This document shows positions 45,865 to 55,377 of a stretch of 64,000 nt of DNA, piece after piece. The stretch's first letter is position 1. Every line of letters begins with the position of its first letter. Both the position numbers and the translations under genes were made by a program. A model generated the notes under the pieces. The model was given only the letters and a program-made list of their open reading frames with translations, ran no database searches and was not told the origin of the DNA. The stretch lies in contig MHKF01000013.1 in the NCBI GenBank assembly GCA_001818315.1, forward strand, positions 14,612 through 78,611, read 5' to 3'. Source of the DNA: Candidatus Kerfeldbacteria bacterium RIFCSPLOWO2_02_FULL_42_19. Lineage in GTDB: Bacteria > Patescibacteriota > Patescibacteriia > HO2-48-17.

Positions 45865-47094
45865 TTACCCCAATAAATACACGGGGTGAATATTTTCTCC
45901 TTTTATTTTATTTTCTTTATCAGCGTAACTTAACAGCACATCTATCTTTGGGTATGTTTTTTTGAAATGCTTCATGCTTTTTGTTTCTGTTTTGTTCAGA
46001 TACTTTTTTGTTTCTATAGCTACCATTTTTTCATCGCCAAGATTTATCACAAAATCCATTTCATTTTTCTGCTTATCACGCCAGAAGTTGAATGCTTTAT
46101 GGGCTTTTATCAACTCCATCGCGAGACCATTTTCTAATACTGCGCCGCTATCATTTCTGTTTGAAAGTTTTCGAAAATCCTTTGCAATCACGTTACGAAG
46201 GCCTGTATCAAAAAAATAGACCTTGGGATTTTTGATGATTTCTTTTCTTCTGTTGCTGAAGAACGGGCGAATGAATCGACAGATATATGTTTTTTCTAAC
46301 AAATTGAGATATCTTTTGAGCGCCTGATAAGGAAACTCTGATAGTCGCGAGAGTTCCTGGTATTCGATGAGATCACCAATCTGCAGAGCAAGTGCTTTCA
46401 TGAGATTCTGTAATTTATAGTCATCGATTAAGCCTACAATATCGCGCACTTCTCTTAAGAAGTAGGTGTTCATGATATTGGTAAGGATGGTTTTTTTTAT
46501 TTCAGGATTTGATGCAAGGACGACTTCCGGATATCCACCAAATATGAGATATTCTTCATAGAATCTTGAGAAAATTTTATGAATTTCATCTGAAGGGTCT
46601 TTTATATTTTCTCTATCAGCGAGTCTATTTTTTTTATATTCTTCATATACTCCCAGATAGTCGGGATTCCGTGCGCGCAGGAATTCTTCAAAATTAAATG
46701 GAAAGAGTTCCAAGATGAACACCCTGCCTACAAGATATTTCACAGCTCGAATAGTAATGTCTATTGCACTTGATCCTGAAATAATGATTTTAATTTTTTC
46801 GGTATCGTAAATATATTTGAGAATTCGCCCACCCTCTTTTGCATACTGAAATTCATCGATAAAGAGAATTTTTTTTCCTTTCACGTGAACACTGATGAAT
46901 GTGTCGGGATCTTTTTCGAATGTGTTCAGAACCTCTCTATCATCAAAGGAGAGGGTATGAACACTTTCTTGGTCCTTGAGGATATGTTGGATCATTGTAC
47001 TTTTTCCTGATCGTCGTGGACCTACAATGGCAAGAATCTCAGGTGCGTGGAGATATTGAAAAATGTTATGTTCTAAATTACGCTGAATATACAT
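45865..47094 (-). CDS. AAA+ superfamily ATPase with a C-terminal DUF4143 domain (COG1373-like)
   Basis: Walker A GPRRSGKST, Walker B ILFIDEFQ, and a C-terminal region typical of the DUF4143 family. Confidence 0.8.
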   Translation of the reverse strand: MYIQRNLEHNIFQYLHAPEILAIVGPRRSGKSTMIQHILKDQESVHTLSFDDREVLNTFEKDPDTFISVHVKGKKILFIDEFQYAKEGGRILKYIYDTEKIKIIISGSSAIDITIRAVKYLVGRVFILELFPFNFEEFLRARNPDYLGVYEEYKKNRLADRENIKDPSDEIHKIFSRFYEEYLIFGGYPEVVLASNPEIKKTILTNIMNTYFLREVRDIVGLIDDYKLQNLMKALALQIGDLIEYQELSRLSEFPYQALKRYLNLLEKTYICRFIRPFFSNRRKEIIKNPKVYFFDTGLRNVIAKDFRKLSNRNDSGAVLENGLAMELIKAHKAFNFWRDKQKNEMDFVINLGDEKMVAIETKKYLNKTETKSMKHFKKTYPKIDVLLSYADKENKIKGENIHPVYLLG

Positions 47095-47227
47095 ATATTT
47101 TTAGAATTTCTTCTAAAATTATTTTCATTGTAATTTTAGTTCTAACTAGAATTTTTGTCAAGAGAATTTTAGTTAGTACACAAAAATTTCATTTAAGATG
47201 AGAGCTTTTAGCCATGTCTCTTTGTTG

Positions 47228-47301
47228 TCGGGGATGTGGGACTTGAACCCACGACCTCCTGCTCCCAAAGCAGGCGCGCTAGCCAGCTGCGCCAATCCCC
47301 G
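47228..47301 (-). tRNA. tRNA-Pro(TGG)
   Basis: Reverse complement CGGGGATTGGCGCAGCTGGCTAGCGCGCCTGCTTTGGGAGCAGGAGGTCGTGGGTTCAAGTCCCACATCCCCGA. Anticodon loop TTTGGGA. Confidence 0.8.
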
Positions 47302-47442
47302 TCAAAATCAACTGGATTGAAAAAGTATAACATTTTTTCTCGTCTTCCTGAAGTTTTTTAAAAAACCCTTTATTTTCGCTTAAAAAATTGTTTGTTGGTT
47401 CCATAATGAGAGGAGAGTATTTTAATATTGTCGAATAAAACT

Positions 47443-47472
47443 TGACAATTTTTTTATCTTTAATAAAATGAA
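47443..47472 (+). promoter_or_regulatory. sigma70-like promoter candidate (TTGACA-N16-TAAAAT)
   Basis: CTTGACAatttttttatctttaaTAAAAT. Confidence 0.35.
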
Positions 47473-47709
47473 AATAGAATATGTACGTTTACACAAATTG
47501 ACAAAATTGAGCTAGTCCCTACGCGGCCCAAATTTTCAGAACTCTTTAGTGAGCTTGTGATCTCACAAATCTCTTTCATCATGTACCTTTTCATTCAGAG
47601 ATCACCAACTCCCTGAAGGGTTCGCTAGCAGTCCGAAAAGGTCGCTGAAGGTCTCGTCACCCTTCAGGCTTAAGAATCCTTCAGCACCTCAACCGTTAAC
47701 TTCACAGCT

Positions 47710-47925
47710 ATGATGTACCCCACAAAGTACACAAAAGGCAATAAGAAGTACGGGAGGAGCCTAGGATCTGCGGCTCTCAGCATCATGCTGATAGCAGGGA
47801 TTCTGGCCGGGCTACTGGCAGGGGAGGGCGATTACGATCACACGGAGGTGGAGCCTCTCCGAGTGATGTACCTTTTAAACCAGGCGCAACACAACATGCG
47901 CCGAACGGAGGTGTTACAATGCTAA
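47710..47925 (+). CDS. small hypothetical membrane protein ORF inside a structured, GC-richer leader region
   Basis: 71 aa, no SD. It lies between the promoter candidate and the terminator at 47940. Confidence 0.25.
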   Translation: MMYPTKYTKGNKKYGRSLGSAALSIMLIAGILAGLLAGEGDYDHTEVEPLRVMYLLNQAQHNMRRTEVLQC

Positions 47926-47939
47926 CGCATTGCTACACA

Positions 47940-47972
47940 AGGCCAGAAAGCATTCGCTTTCTGGCCTTTTCA
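47940..47972 (+). terminator. rho-independent terminator
   Basis: GGCCAGAAAGC-ATTC-GCTTTCTGGCC followed by TTTT. Confidence 0.55.
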
Positions 47973-48122
47973 CATACATACAAAACTTGCATTTTTTACA
48001 AAAGACAAGTAAGTTCGAAGTGCTTGAAACATGCTTACCGAAAAAAGACAGAGGAAAGAGCAACAGAAAATTCCGAAAAACACACAAGATGCTTTCGGAA
48101 TCAAGCAACATAGAAAGGAGAA

Positions 48123-48692
48123 GTGATGAAAAAGAGAGATTGGCACCTTATTATTCTGTTTACCGCGAGCTTGCTGCTTGGGATACTCATCGGCATGACA
48201 CTCGCCACCGTGAAAAGCTCCGCAGCAGACAACGAAGTAGAGCATTTGAAAGCGGCGCGCAGTGCTGGAGATGGTGAATCACAAATCAGTTGGAGTTGTA
48301 CGGTTGGAAATGTTGAGTTGAAAATCACCCCCAGCACGATCAAGTTCGTCAACCGACAAGCGCTCAATGTCTGGGTTCACATCTTTCTCAAAACAGGGGA
48401 CAAAGACGACAACTGGGCTTTGATCGCCAAGTTCCATCTTGGTAACCCAATGCAGAAGACTCGTATTGGATCGTTGGGAAACCCACAGCAGTTCGTGCAA
48501 CTCGATCAAGTGATCGGGTTACGGAAACTTGCGTCCGGCGATGTGCTGTGGATTCAAGTAGAAACGTTTGAGCAGAAAACTCAAAAGCTGTTCAAACGAA
48601 TTTTGCCCTCGGAACCGCGCACAAAGCGGGAGAAGCCAACTGATGCTACGAGTACCAGCTTTCTTGGGAATGCGCAGACAGCTTTGGAATAG
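48123..48692 (+). CDS. hypothetical membrane-anchored protein
   Basis: 189 aa, N-terminal TM helix. No family recognised. GC is somewhat elevated. Confidence 0.45.
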   Translation: MMKKRDWHLIILFTASLLLGILIGMTLATVKSSAADNEVEHLKAARSAGDGESQISWSCTVGNVELKITPSTIKFVNRQALNVWVHIFLKTGDKDDNWALIAKFHLGNPMQKTRIGSLGNPQQFVQLDQVIGLRKLASGDVLWIQVETFEQKTQKLFKRILPSEPRTKREKPTDATSTSFLGNAQTALE

Positions 48693-48915
48693 GTACTTCA
48701 ACATCCTACTCTCTCGAGAGAATTCGCCCTGCTCCTGAAAGTTAAAGTTCACTGGACTTTCTTTTTCCTACTCGAAAGAGTATCGAGTAATCGAGATGAC
48801 ATAGCTCTGAGGAGGCTATAAAAATCCATCATCTCTTTTACTCAGATGCTCTTTTTTCTTTTCTTGCATTTTTCATAATCATTCGATATAATCCTAGTAC
48901 AGAACTAGGATTTAT

Positions 48916-49359
48916 ATGCGTACGTCACTCAAAATTTCAGAGCGACTCCACTATGCGTTTTTACTGATGACCGCTCTTGCAAGTGTGCATGAACGCAATA
49001 TTTGGTTGAATCTCAATCAAATAGCCGAGTACTTTCGACTGTCGCAAGGCTACCTCGAAGAAATCGTCGCGCCGCTCCGTAAACACAAACTTGTGAAAAG
49101 CAGGCGGGGTGGCAAAGGAGGTTATCGACTCGCCAAAGCACCGCAACGTATTGATTATCAAAGTATCGTGCGCGCTATTGAAGGACCGACTGAAATTATG
49201 CAGTGCGAAAGTTGTTTCCTTCACTTGGATTGTATTACTGAACCTGTGTGGCAGGAAATGCAAAACATGATTGCCACCTATCTCAGTAAAAAAACACTCC
49301 GTGACACACTTGCACACCCAAAGTATTCCAGTATTGCGAAAATTTTTCTGCCTTCATAA
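48916..49359 (+). CDS. Rrf2-family transcriptional regulator (IscR/SufR-like), first gene of the suf cluster
   Basis: N-terminal wHTH (LNLNQIAEYFRLSQGYLEEIVAPLRKHKLVKSRRGGKGGYRLAK). Confidence 0.8.
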   Translation: MRTSLKISERLHYAFLLMTALASVHERNIWLNLNQIAEYFRLSQGYLEEIVAPLRKHKLVKSRRGGKGGYRLAKAPQRIDYQSIVRAIEGPTEIMQCESCFLHLDCITEPVWQEMQNMIATYLSKKTLRDTLAHPKYSSIAKIFLPS

Positions 49360-49377
49360 TTTTTATCTCTTATTTTC

Positions 49378-50154
49378 ATGACACCTCTTCTCAATATACG
49401 TAATCTTGAAGTCACGTCGGATCGCAAAAAAATCATTCAACAATGTTCCCTGCATATCCGCAAGGGAGAAGTGCACATTATTATGGGACCAAACGGTTCG
49501 GGAAAATCAACCCTCTGTCACACGATTATGGGGCACCCACAATACCGTGTCACTCGAGGCTCGATGAAATTCAATGATGTGAATCTTCAAAAACTTTCAC
49601 CAACAGAGCGTGCAAAACTCGGCCTCTTCCTTGCATTTCAGTATCCTCAAGCTCTTCCCGGTGTAAGTCTTGGGCAAGTGATGCGAGCTACTGCTCACAG
49701 TATGCCGCTTCCCAAATTGAAACAAGCACTCCAAAACGCTCTTCAGAGTATGCAACTTGCGGAAGAATTTGCGACTCGATCACTCAATGAACATGCGTCC
49801 GGTGGAGAAAAAAAACGTTTAGAAATGGTGCAACTCATGCTTTTGAAACCGAAACTTGCGATTCTCGACGAAATTGATTCCGGTATTGACATCGACGCGC
49901 TTAAACTCATTACACAAGCAATTAACGAACAACGCGCTCAACAGAAAACAAGTTTTCTCATTATCACTCACTATCCGCGATTGTTGCAACATCTCACGCC
50001 AGATCGTGTGCACATTATGATGCACGGACGCATTGTTCATAGTGGCGATAGCACGCTCGGAAAGCAACTGGAACAAGAAGGTTATGCTGCATTCGAATAT
50101 ACACACAAACTCACTCGAACTCTCCGAAAGAAACAGACTACGCAACGCGACTGA
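49378..50154 (+). CDS. sufC: Fe-S cluster assembly ATPase SufC
   Basis: Walker [13 protein letters not shown] signature LSGGEKKR, Walker B ILDEIDSG. Confidence 0.9.
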   Translation: MTPLLNIRNLEVTSDRKKIIQQCSLHIRKGEVHIIMGPNGSGKSTLCHTIMGHPQYRVTRGSMKFNDVNLQKLSPTERAKLGLFLAFQYPQALPGVSLGQVMRATAHSMPLPKLKQALQNALQSMQLAEEFATRSLNEHASGGEKKRLEMVQLMLLKPKLAILDEIDSGIDIDALKLITQAINEQRAQQKTSFLIITHYPRLLQHLTPDRVHIMMHGRIVHSGDSTLGKQLEQEGYAAFEYTHKLTRTLRKKQTTQRD

Positions 50155-50167
50155 TTCATTTCACCCT

Positions 50168-51580
50168 ATGTCGAAAACGAAACCTCATACAATACAACAC
50201 CCTCAAGAAAATTACACGGCTGGATTTCGCATGCCGGAACGTGCGGTTTTTAAAGCTCGCAAGGGACTGAACGAAAAAATCATTCAACAGATTTCACAGC
50301 ATAAACAGGAACCGCAATGGATGCGCGAGTTTCGTTTGCAAGCGTATGCTCTTTTTCAAAAGAAACCCATGCCACGTTGGGGCGCGGATCTTTCGGCGAT
50401 TGATTTTAGCGACATTTATTATTACCTCAAACCTACACGGCAGTCCGAAAAACGCTGGGAAGATGTGCCTTCTGAAATCAAAACAACGTTTGATCGTTTA
50501 GGAATTCCACAAGCGGAACGAAAATACTTAGCTGGCGTTGGTGCGCAGTATGAATCTGAGGTTGTGTATCATAGCTTACAAAAACACCTTGAAAAAAAGG
50601 GTGTGATTTTTGTGGATACGGATACGGGTTTGCGGAAGTATTCGAAAATTTTCAAAAAATATTTCGGTACTGTTGTGCCGCCAGGGGATAACAAATTTGC
50701 TGCGCTCAATTCCGCTGTGTGGTCTGGAGGAAGTTTCTTGTATGTTCCGCAAGGGGTCCACGTGGACTTGCCGCTGCAAGCGTACTTTCGCATCAACGCA
50801 GAAAAAATGGGTCAGTTCGAGCGGACGCTCATCATCGCAGAAGAGGGGAGTTCCGTGCACTATGTAGAGGGTTGTACGGCTTCAACCTACAGCTCTGGAT
50901 CACTCCATAGTGCGGTCGTTGAAATCATCGTTAAGCGTGGCGCACACGTACGGTACACGACGATCCAAAATTGGGCGAAGAATGTTTATAATCTCGTCAC
51001 GAAACGTGCGGTGGCGTATCAAGATGCTGTTATGGAATGGGTGGACGGCAATCTTGGTAGTTTTAAAACTATGAAGTACCCGTCAGTGTATCTTATGGAA
51101 CCGGGCGCGCGAGCGGAAATTCTTTCTCTTGCTTTTGCTGCTGACGGACAACATCAAGACGCGGGCGGCAAAGTCATTCATGTTGCGCCTCATACGAGTT
51201 CACGCATCATTTCAAAATCAATCAGTAAAGGAACTGGACGTACGAGTTATCGAGGCTTATTGAAGGTCCATCGCGGCGCGACCGATGTAAAATCTCGTGT
51301 TGTATGTGATGCGTTGATGTTTGGAAAATATGCACGATCCGATACCTATCCGACAATAAAAATCGACGAGCTGCAAACGCAGATTGAACACGAAGCAAGT
51401 GTGAGTAAAATCCGGGACGAACAATTATTTTATTTGACGAGTCGCGGGGTGACTGAAGATGAAGCGCGCGGTTTGATTGTCAACGGTTTCATCGAGCCGA
51501 TCGTAAAGGAACTGCCGATGGAATACGCAGTCGAACTCAACCGACTTATTGAAATGGAAATGGAGGGCTCGGTAGGCTAG
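50168..51580 (+). CDS. sufB: Fe-S cluster assembly scaffold SufB
   Basis: About 470 aa, collinear with SufB. The start MSKTKPH falls 14 nt after the sufC stop, and the longer called ORF overlaps sufC. Confidence 0.9.
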   Translation: MSKTKPHTIQHPQENYTAGFRMPERAVFKARKGLNEKIIQQISQHKQEPQWMREFRLQAYALFQKKPMPRWGADLSAIDFSDIYYYLKPTRQSEKRWEDVPSEIKTTFDRLGIPQAERKYLAGVGAQYESEVVYHSLQKHLEKKGVIFVDTDTGLRKYSKIFKKYFGTVVPPGDNKFAALNSAVWSGGSFLYVPQGVHVDLPLQAYFRINAEKMGQFERTLIIAEEGSSVHYVEGCTASTYSSGSLHSAVVEIIVKRGAHVRYTTIQNWAKNVYNLVTKRAVAYQDAVMEWVDGNLGSFKTMKYPSVYLMEPGARAEILSLAFAADGQHQDAGGKVIHVAPHTSSRIISKSISKGTGRTSYRGLLKVHRGATDVKSRVVCDALMFGKYARSDTYPTIKIDELQTQIEHEASVSKIRDEQLFYLTSRGVTEDEARGLIVNGFIEPIVKELPMEYAVELNRLIEMEMEGSVG

Positions 51581-51617
51581 CGGTGAATAATGAATAAATG
51601 ACAACAGATATACTTTC

Positions 51618-52244
51618 ATGCAATTGAACGGAACAAAAATTATCATACGCAAAGAAAGTCGGTCAGAGTGTTTCCACCTTACTTCTGGCGAATCTTTACT
51701 CTACGTTGTTTTTTATACGCCACGAACGCAAACACAGAAGATAGAATTTTGTCTTGAAGGCCTAGGTGCGAACGTGACGATTATTGGTTGGGATATACAT
51801 ACGCAAGGCAAGACACAGATTCAGCATCATGTGAGTCACCGAGCTCCGGATACAGTGAGCCGAACCTACGTGCGTTCACTCATCGGCGGTGCGGCAGAGA
51901 GTGTGTTTCATGGACTCATTCACATACAGAAAAAAGCGCATGGGAGCGATGGAATTTTTGTGCATAACACTCTGCTTGCTTCTCATCGAGCGCGAGGCAG
52001 AGCAGAGCCAACCCTTGAAATCGAAACAAGCGATGTCGTACAAGTGAAGCACGCGGCAACTGTTTCGACATTTGACGCAGAACAGCTGTATTATCTCGCG
52101 AGTCGCGGCCTACACGAAATCGATGTGAAGAAACTCCTTATGGAAGGATTTGCAGAAGAGTTATTGCAACATCTGCCAACTGAAGTGTGCAAGCAGATTC
52201 GCCCGCTCATCGACAAAAAACTTCAAGGGATTATCGCCGAGTAG
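51618..52244 (+). CDS. sufD: SufD-like protein (short form, SufBD C-terminal beta-helix)
   Basis: 208 aa. A beta-helix with ASHRARGRAEPTLEI and a C-terminal helix bundle similar to the SufB C-terminus. Confidence 0.7.
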   Translation: MQLNGTKIIIRKESRSECFHLTSGESLLYVVFYTPRTQTQKIEFCLEGLGANVTIIGWDIHTQGKTQIQHHVSHRAPDTVSRTYVRSLIGGAAESVFHGLIHIQKKAHGSDGIFVHNTLLASHRARGRAEPTLEIETSDVVQVKHAATVSTFDAEQLYYLASRGLHEIDVKKLLMEGFAEELLQHLPTEVCKQIRPLIDKKLQGIIAE

Positions 52245-52276
52245 ACTTTCGCTTGTAAGAGACGAGTTTTGATCAT

Positions 52277-52350
52277 ACACATAGAAGAAGGAAGATTGTG
52301 CTTTCGAAACACACTGTGCAGTGTTAGTGCCTCGACAGTGATAATCCTCC
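52277..52350 (+). repeat. fragment of a MITE type A core (CTTTCGAAACACACTGTGCAGTGTTAGTGCCTCGAC) with a degenerate stem
   Basis: Matches the conserved core of the repeat family. No TIRs. Confidence 0.45.
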
Positions 52351-52394
52351 TCGTATGACTTGCTCATAAAACGTATCGTCACTCAAAAATCGAA

Positions 52395-52432
52395 AAGGGC
52401 TATAACCAACAGGTCAGCCCTTTCCACAATGT
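52395..52432 (-). terminator. minus-strand rho-independent terminator
   Basis: On the minus strand, AAAGGGCTGACCTGTTGGTTATAGCCCTTT followed by TCGATTTTTG. The plus-strand side has no T-run. Confidence 0.5.
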
Positions 52433-52439
52433 GCGGTTT

Positions 52440-52900
52440 TTTTAACCGCTGCTCTGCACCCTGCAGAGCGCGTACCCCCGAAGGAGTCTGAAGGAATTCA
52501 TGTCTCATCCTCAGGACTTTCGCACGATTTATGCGTCTATCCCTCGGCTGAGTTTATGTTAGTCTACTCACAACCAACCTGCAAGTGGCGCTACTCGATG
52601 GCGCCGAGCCCACGGACATTGCCGAGTTGATGCCAGCGGGCCAAATCCCGCCCCTTCTGCTTGAGCTCCTCGATACGGTCTGTTCGCCCTTGCACAGAAA
52701 GTACCGCGCCTTCGCGGACCTGTCTGGGTGAGAGGACTGCTTTGTAAGAGGGACGACTTCCATACCCCTCTTGCACAATATGCAAGGAGATTGGGACGAC
52801 TCCAAGATTCATTTCTTACTCCTCCAAAAAATCGTCTAGGTCTTCCCTTCCTCCGCAAGAGGAATTACCATAATATAGAGGAAGACCGCCATGCCACCGA
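52440..52900 (-). ncRNA. candidate structured RNA of unknown class. GC-rich ORF-free island inside the suf operon.
   Basis: About 58% GC in an AT-rich genome. All three minus-strand frames are open only for 70-95 aa, as expected for GC-rich non-coding DNA. There are nested hairpins (GGCGC...GCGCC, CCGCG-CCTT-CGCGG, GGTCTTCC...GGAAGACC) and a dedicated minus-strand terminator. I could not confirm RNase P or tmRNA signature motifs. Confidence 0.3.
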
Positions 52901-52987
52901 AATTACCTGAAAGATTCTCATTTGTCAATACATTTTGACGGAAGTCTATCTTTTTAGCTTACTTACAAGTAAAATATTCTTCATCCT

Positions 52988-53308
52988 ATGCAAAAAATTC
53001 TCATTGGCACGACGCGCGAATTTGCAAAATATCCCACCAAACGTTACTCAGTCAAAGGACACGATATTTTGGTAAGTCACGTTGGCGACAAATTTTTTGC
53101 TACGGACGCGCTTTGTACTCATGAAGAAGTATCGCTTTCCGAAGGCACCCTCGAAGGGCCGATCATCACCTGCGCAGCGCACGGCGCGCAATTTGATGTA
53201 CGTACCGGTGAAGCGCAACGTTTCCCGGCAGTCGAAGGGCTCCGAACATATCCACTTGTCGTCGAAGGAGAACATATTTACATCCTCTTCGAAGCTGCAG
53301 AGAAGTAA
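52988..53308 (+). CDS. Rieske [2Fe-2S] ferredoxin-like protein
   Basis: CTHEEVSLSEG...CAAHGAQFD gives the CxH...CxxH Rieske ligands. 106 aa. Confidence 0.8.
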   Translation: MQKILIGTTREFAKYPTKRYSVKGHDILVSHVGDKFFATDALCTHEEVSLSEGTLEGPIITCAAHGAQFDVRTGEAQRFPAVEGLRTYPLVVEGEHIYILFEAAEK

Positions 53309-53363
53309 TGTATATGCGCAGGCATTTTTCAAATCTCACATCATACTCTCTTAGCCATCAAAT

Positions 53364-54584
53364 ATGACATCACAACTTACCGATATCAAAAAACAATTTC
53401 CTATTTTCCAGAATCACCCAAAACTTGTATATCTCGATAATGCTTCCACAACGCAAAAGCCACAGCGCGTCATCGATGCGCTCAATCATTTTTACACGCA
53501 TGCGAATGCGAATGTTCATCGCGGAGTATACAAACTCAGTGAAACTGCCACTGAACTTTTTGAACGCACACGCGATACGATCGCGAAATTTATTAACGCG
53601 CGTCATCCGCACGAAATTATTTTTACGAAAGGCACAACTGAAAGCATTAACGCGATTGCATATACATGGGGTGAGCAAAATATCACCGCAGGGAATGAGA
53701 TTGTTGTGAGTTTACTCGAACATCATTCCAACTTCGTACCTTGGCAACAGCTTGCGCACCGCAAAAAAGCAGTATTCAAAGTTATCCCGCTTACTGATGA
53801 AGGACTGATCACACAAGCGGCTCTTCGAGCAACTATCACGGAACGCACGAAGTTGGTCGCTGTGACCTATGTCTCTAATGTGTTAGGTATTATGCCACCG
53901 CTGGAACAGATTATTGGACAGGCGCATAAAGTTGGCGCGAAAGTTCTTGTTGATGCAGCTCAAGCGGTCGCGCATCTTCCTGTTGATGTGCAGAAACTCG
54001 ACTGCGATTGGCTTGTGTTTTCCGGTCACAAAATGTATGGGCCCACGGGAGTCGGTGTGTTGTACGGTAAAGAAGCGTTGTTAGAATCTATGCCACCGTT
54101 TTTGTACGGCGGAGGCATGATCGATGAAGTGCAAATTCAAGATACAAGCTTCGCACGGTTGCCAGAAAAGTTTGAAGGTGGCACTCCGCCAATTGCGGAA
54201 ATTGTCGCATTGCATGATGCAGTGCATTTCTTACAAACGTTGGAAATGCACGAAATCCAATCGCATGAGAAAATTTTACTTCAAAAAGCATTCAAGGCTC
54301 TGCAAAAAATTCCACATATCCAAATTCATGGCCCGCACAATACTAAACATTGTTTGGGAGTCATATCGTTCCAAATAGAAGGCATCCATGCCCATGACGT
54401 TGCAACGCTCGCCGACGAAAAAGACGTTGCACTCCGCGTTGGACATCACTGCGCACAACCTCTTATGCAGCATTTACGCGTTCCTTCTACGTGCCGCGTG
54501 AGTTTCGGCGTTTACAACAACGAACATGATATTGAAATACTCTGTGAGGCGCTTCGTTATGCGAAAACAGTATTTCATCTCTAA
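53364..54584 (+). CDS. sufS: cysteine desulfurase SufS (class V aminotransferase, group II)
   Basis: PLP lysine in the SGHKMYGPTGVGVLYGK block. The active-site loop and C-terminus are collinear with SufS. Confidence 0.9.
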   Translation: MTSQLTDIKKQFPIFQNHPKLVYLDNASTTQKPQRVIDALNHFYTHANANVHRGVYKLSETATELFERTRDTIAKFINARHPHEIIFTKGTTESINAIAYTWGEQNITAGNEIVVSLLEHHSNFVPWQQLAHRKKAVFKVIPLTDEGLITQAALRATITERTKLVAVTYVSNVLGIMPPLEQIIGQAHKVGAKVLVDAAQAVAHLPVDVQKLDCDWLVFSGHKMYGPTGVGVLYGKEALLESMPPFLYGGGMIDEVQIQDTSFARLPEKFEGGTPPIAEIVALHDAVHFLQTLEMHEIQSHEKILLQKAFKALQKIPHIQIHGPHNTKHCLGVISFQIEGIHAHDVATLADEKDVALRVGHHCAQPLMQHLRVPSTCRVSFGVYNNEHDIEILCEALRYAKTVFHL

Positions 54585-54614
54585 AAATTTCAATTGCATT
54601 TCTCATGAACATCT

Positions 54615-55001
54615 ATGCATAATCTCTATCGCGAATACATTCTGGAACATTATAAACACCCGCAAAATTTTGGTCATCTTCACAAAAAAGACATCTCTGT
54701 TGATGAACGCAATTCGACGTGTGGCGATACACTTCATCTGGAAATTCGCTTTAACACACAAGGGAGTGTAGAGGATATTGCGTTCACGGGCGATGGATGC
54801 GCGATCAGCCGCGCATCTACATCGCTCCTTACCGAAGCGGTTAAGCAAAAAACAAAAAAAGAAATCGCGCAACTCACGCACAAAGAAGTGTATGATTTGT
54901 TGGGCGTGCCTATCAGTCCAGGCCGAGCACAGTGTGCATTGCTTCCGCTTCAGGCACTCAGAAAAGTTTTGCAAGTTGACCCTCAAAGGAAAAAACTATG
55001 A
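54615..55001 (+). CDS. sufU: SUF-system NifU-like sulfur acceptor SufU
   Basis: Conserved Cys residues in the CGDTLHLEIRF and GDGCAISRAS motifs. Confidence 0.8.
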   Translation: MHNLYREYILEHYKHPQNFGHLHKKDISVDERNSTCGDTLHLEIRFNTQGSVEDIAFTGDGCAISRASTSLLTEAVKQKTKKEIAQLTHKEVYDLLGVPISPGRAQCALLPLQALRKVLQVDPQRKKL

Positions 55002-55318
55002 ATACCCCAAAGAAAAAAATTCAGGAGATCAAAAATCAACTCAAACAGGTTTTGGATCCGGAATTAAAAGTGAATATTGTTGATCTTGGACTCGTGTATA
55101 ATATTGCTTATGACCTTGCGCAACGCAAAGTGCATATCCAAATGACGCTCACGACGATCGGCTGTCCTTTGGGTCCTATGATTGAAAAAGAAGTCAAAGA
55201 AAAACTTAAAGATATTGAGGGTATCAAAGAAATTGAAGTTGAACTTGTCTGGGAACCGGCGTGGAATCAAAATATGATCACAGAAGAGGGGAAACAACAA
55301 CTTAAATTCGGTTGGTAA
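54998..55318 (+). CDS. DUF59/MIP18-family Fe-S assembly protein (SufT-like)
   Basis: VNIVDLGLVY...LTTIGCPLGPMI motif. Confidence 0.75.
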   Translation: MNTPKKKIQEIKNQLKQVLDPELKVNIVDLGLVYNIAYDLAQRKVHIQMTLTTIGCPLGPMIEKEVKEKLKDIEGIKEIEVELVWEPAWNQNMITEEGKQQLKFGW

Positions 55319-55377
55319 ACAGGCCCCTTACCCTGTTCCAAAAACGTAAATACGCCGCGCTTCCTATGCGCGGCGAC

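Noticed and set aside
52554-52858. Three overlapping minus-strand ORFs (73-96 aa) in all three frames
   Set aside because: Open frames in every phase are the expected artefact of a 58%-GC non-coding stretch in an AT-rich genome. Only the 52591-52812 frame has an RBS, so I kept it as a caveat under the ncRNA candidate and did not call a CDS.
52440-52900. Calling this region RNase P RNA (rnpB) or tmRNA (ssrA)
   Set aside because: I could not find the P4-forming CR-I (GGAAAGTCCGGGCTCC) and CR-V (ACAGAANCCGGCTTA) pair in the right order on either strand. I also found no tmRNA acceptor/T-arm or tag-peptide reading frame. It stays an unclassified candidate.
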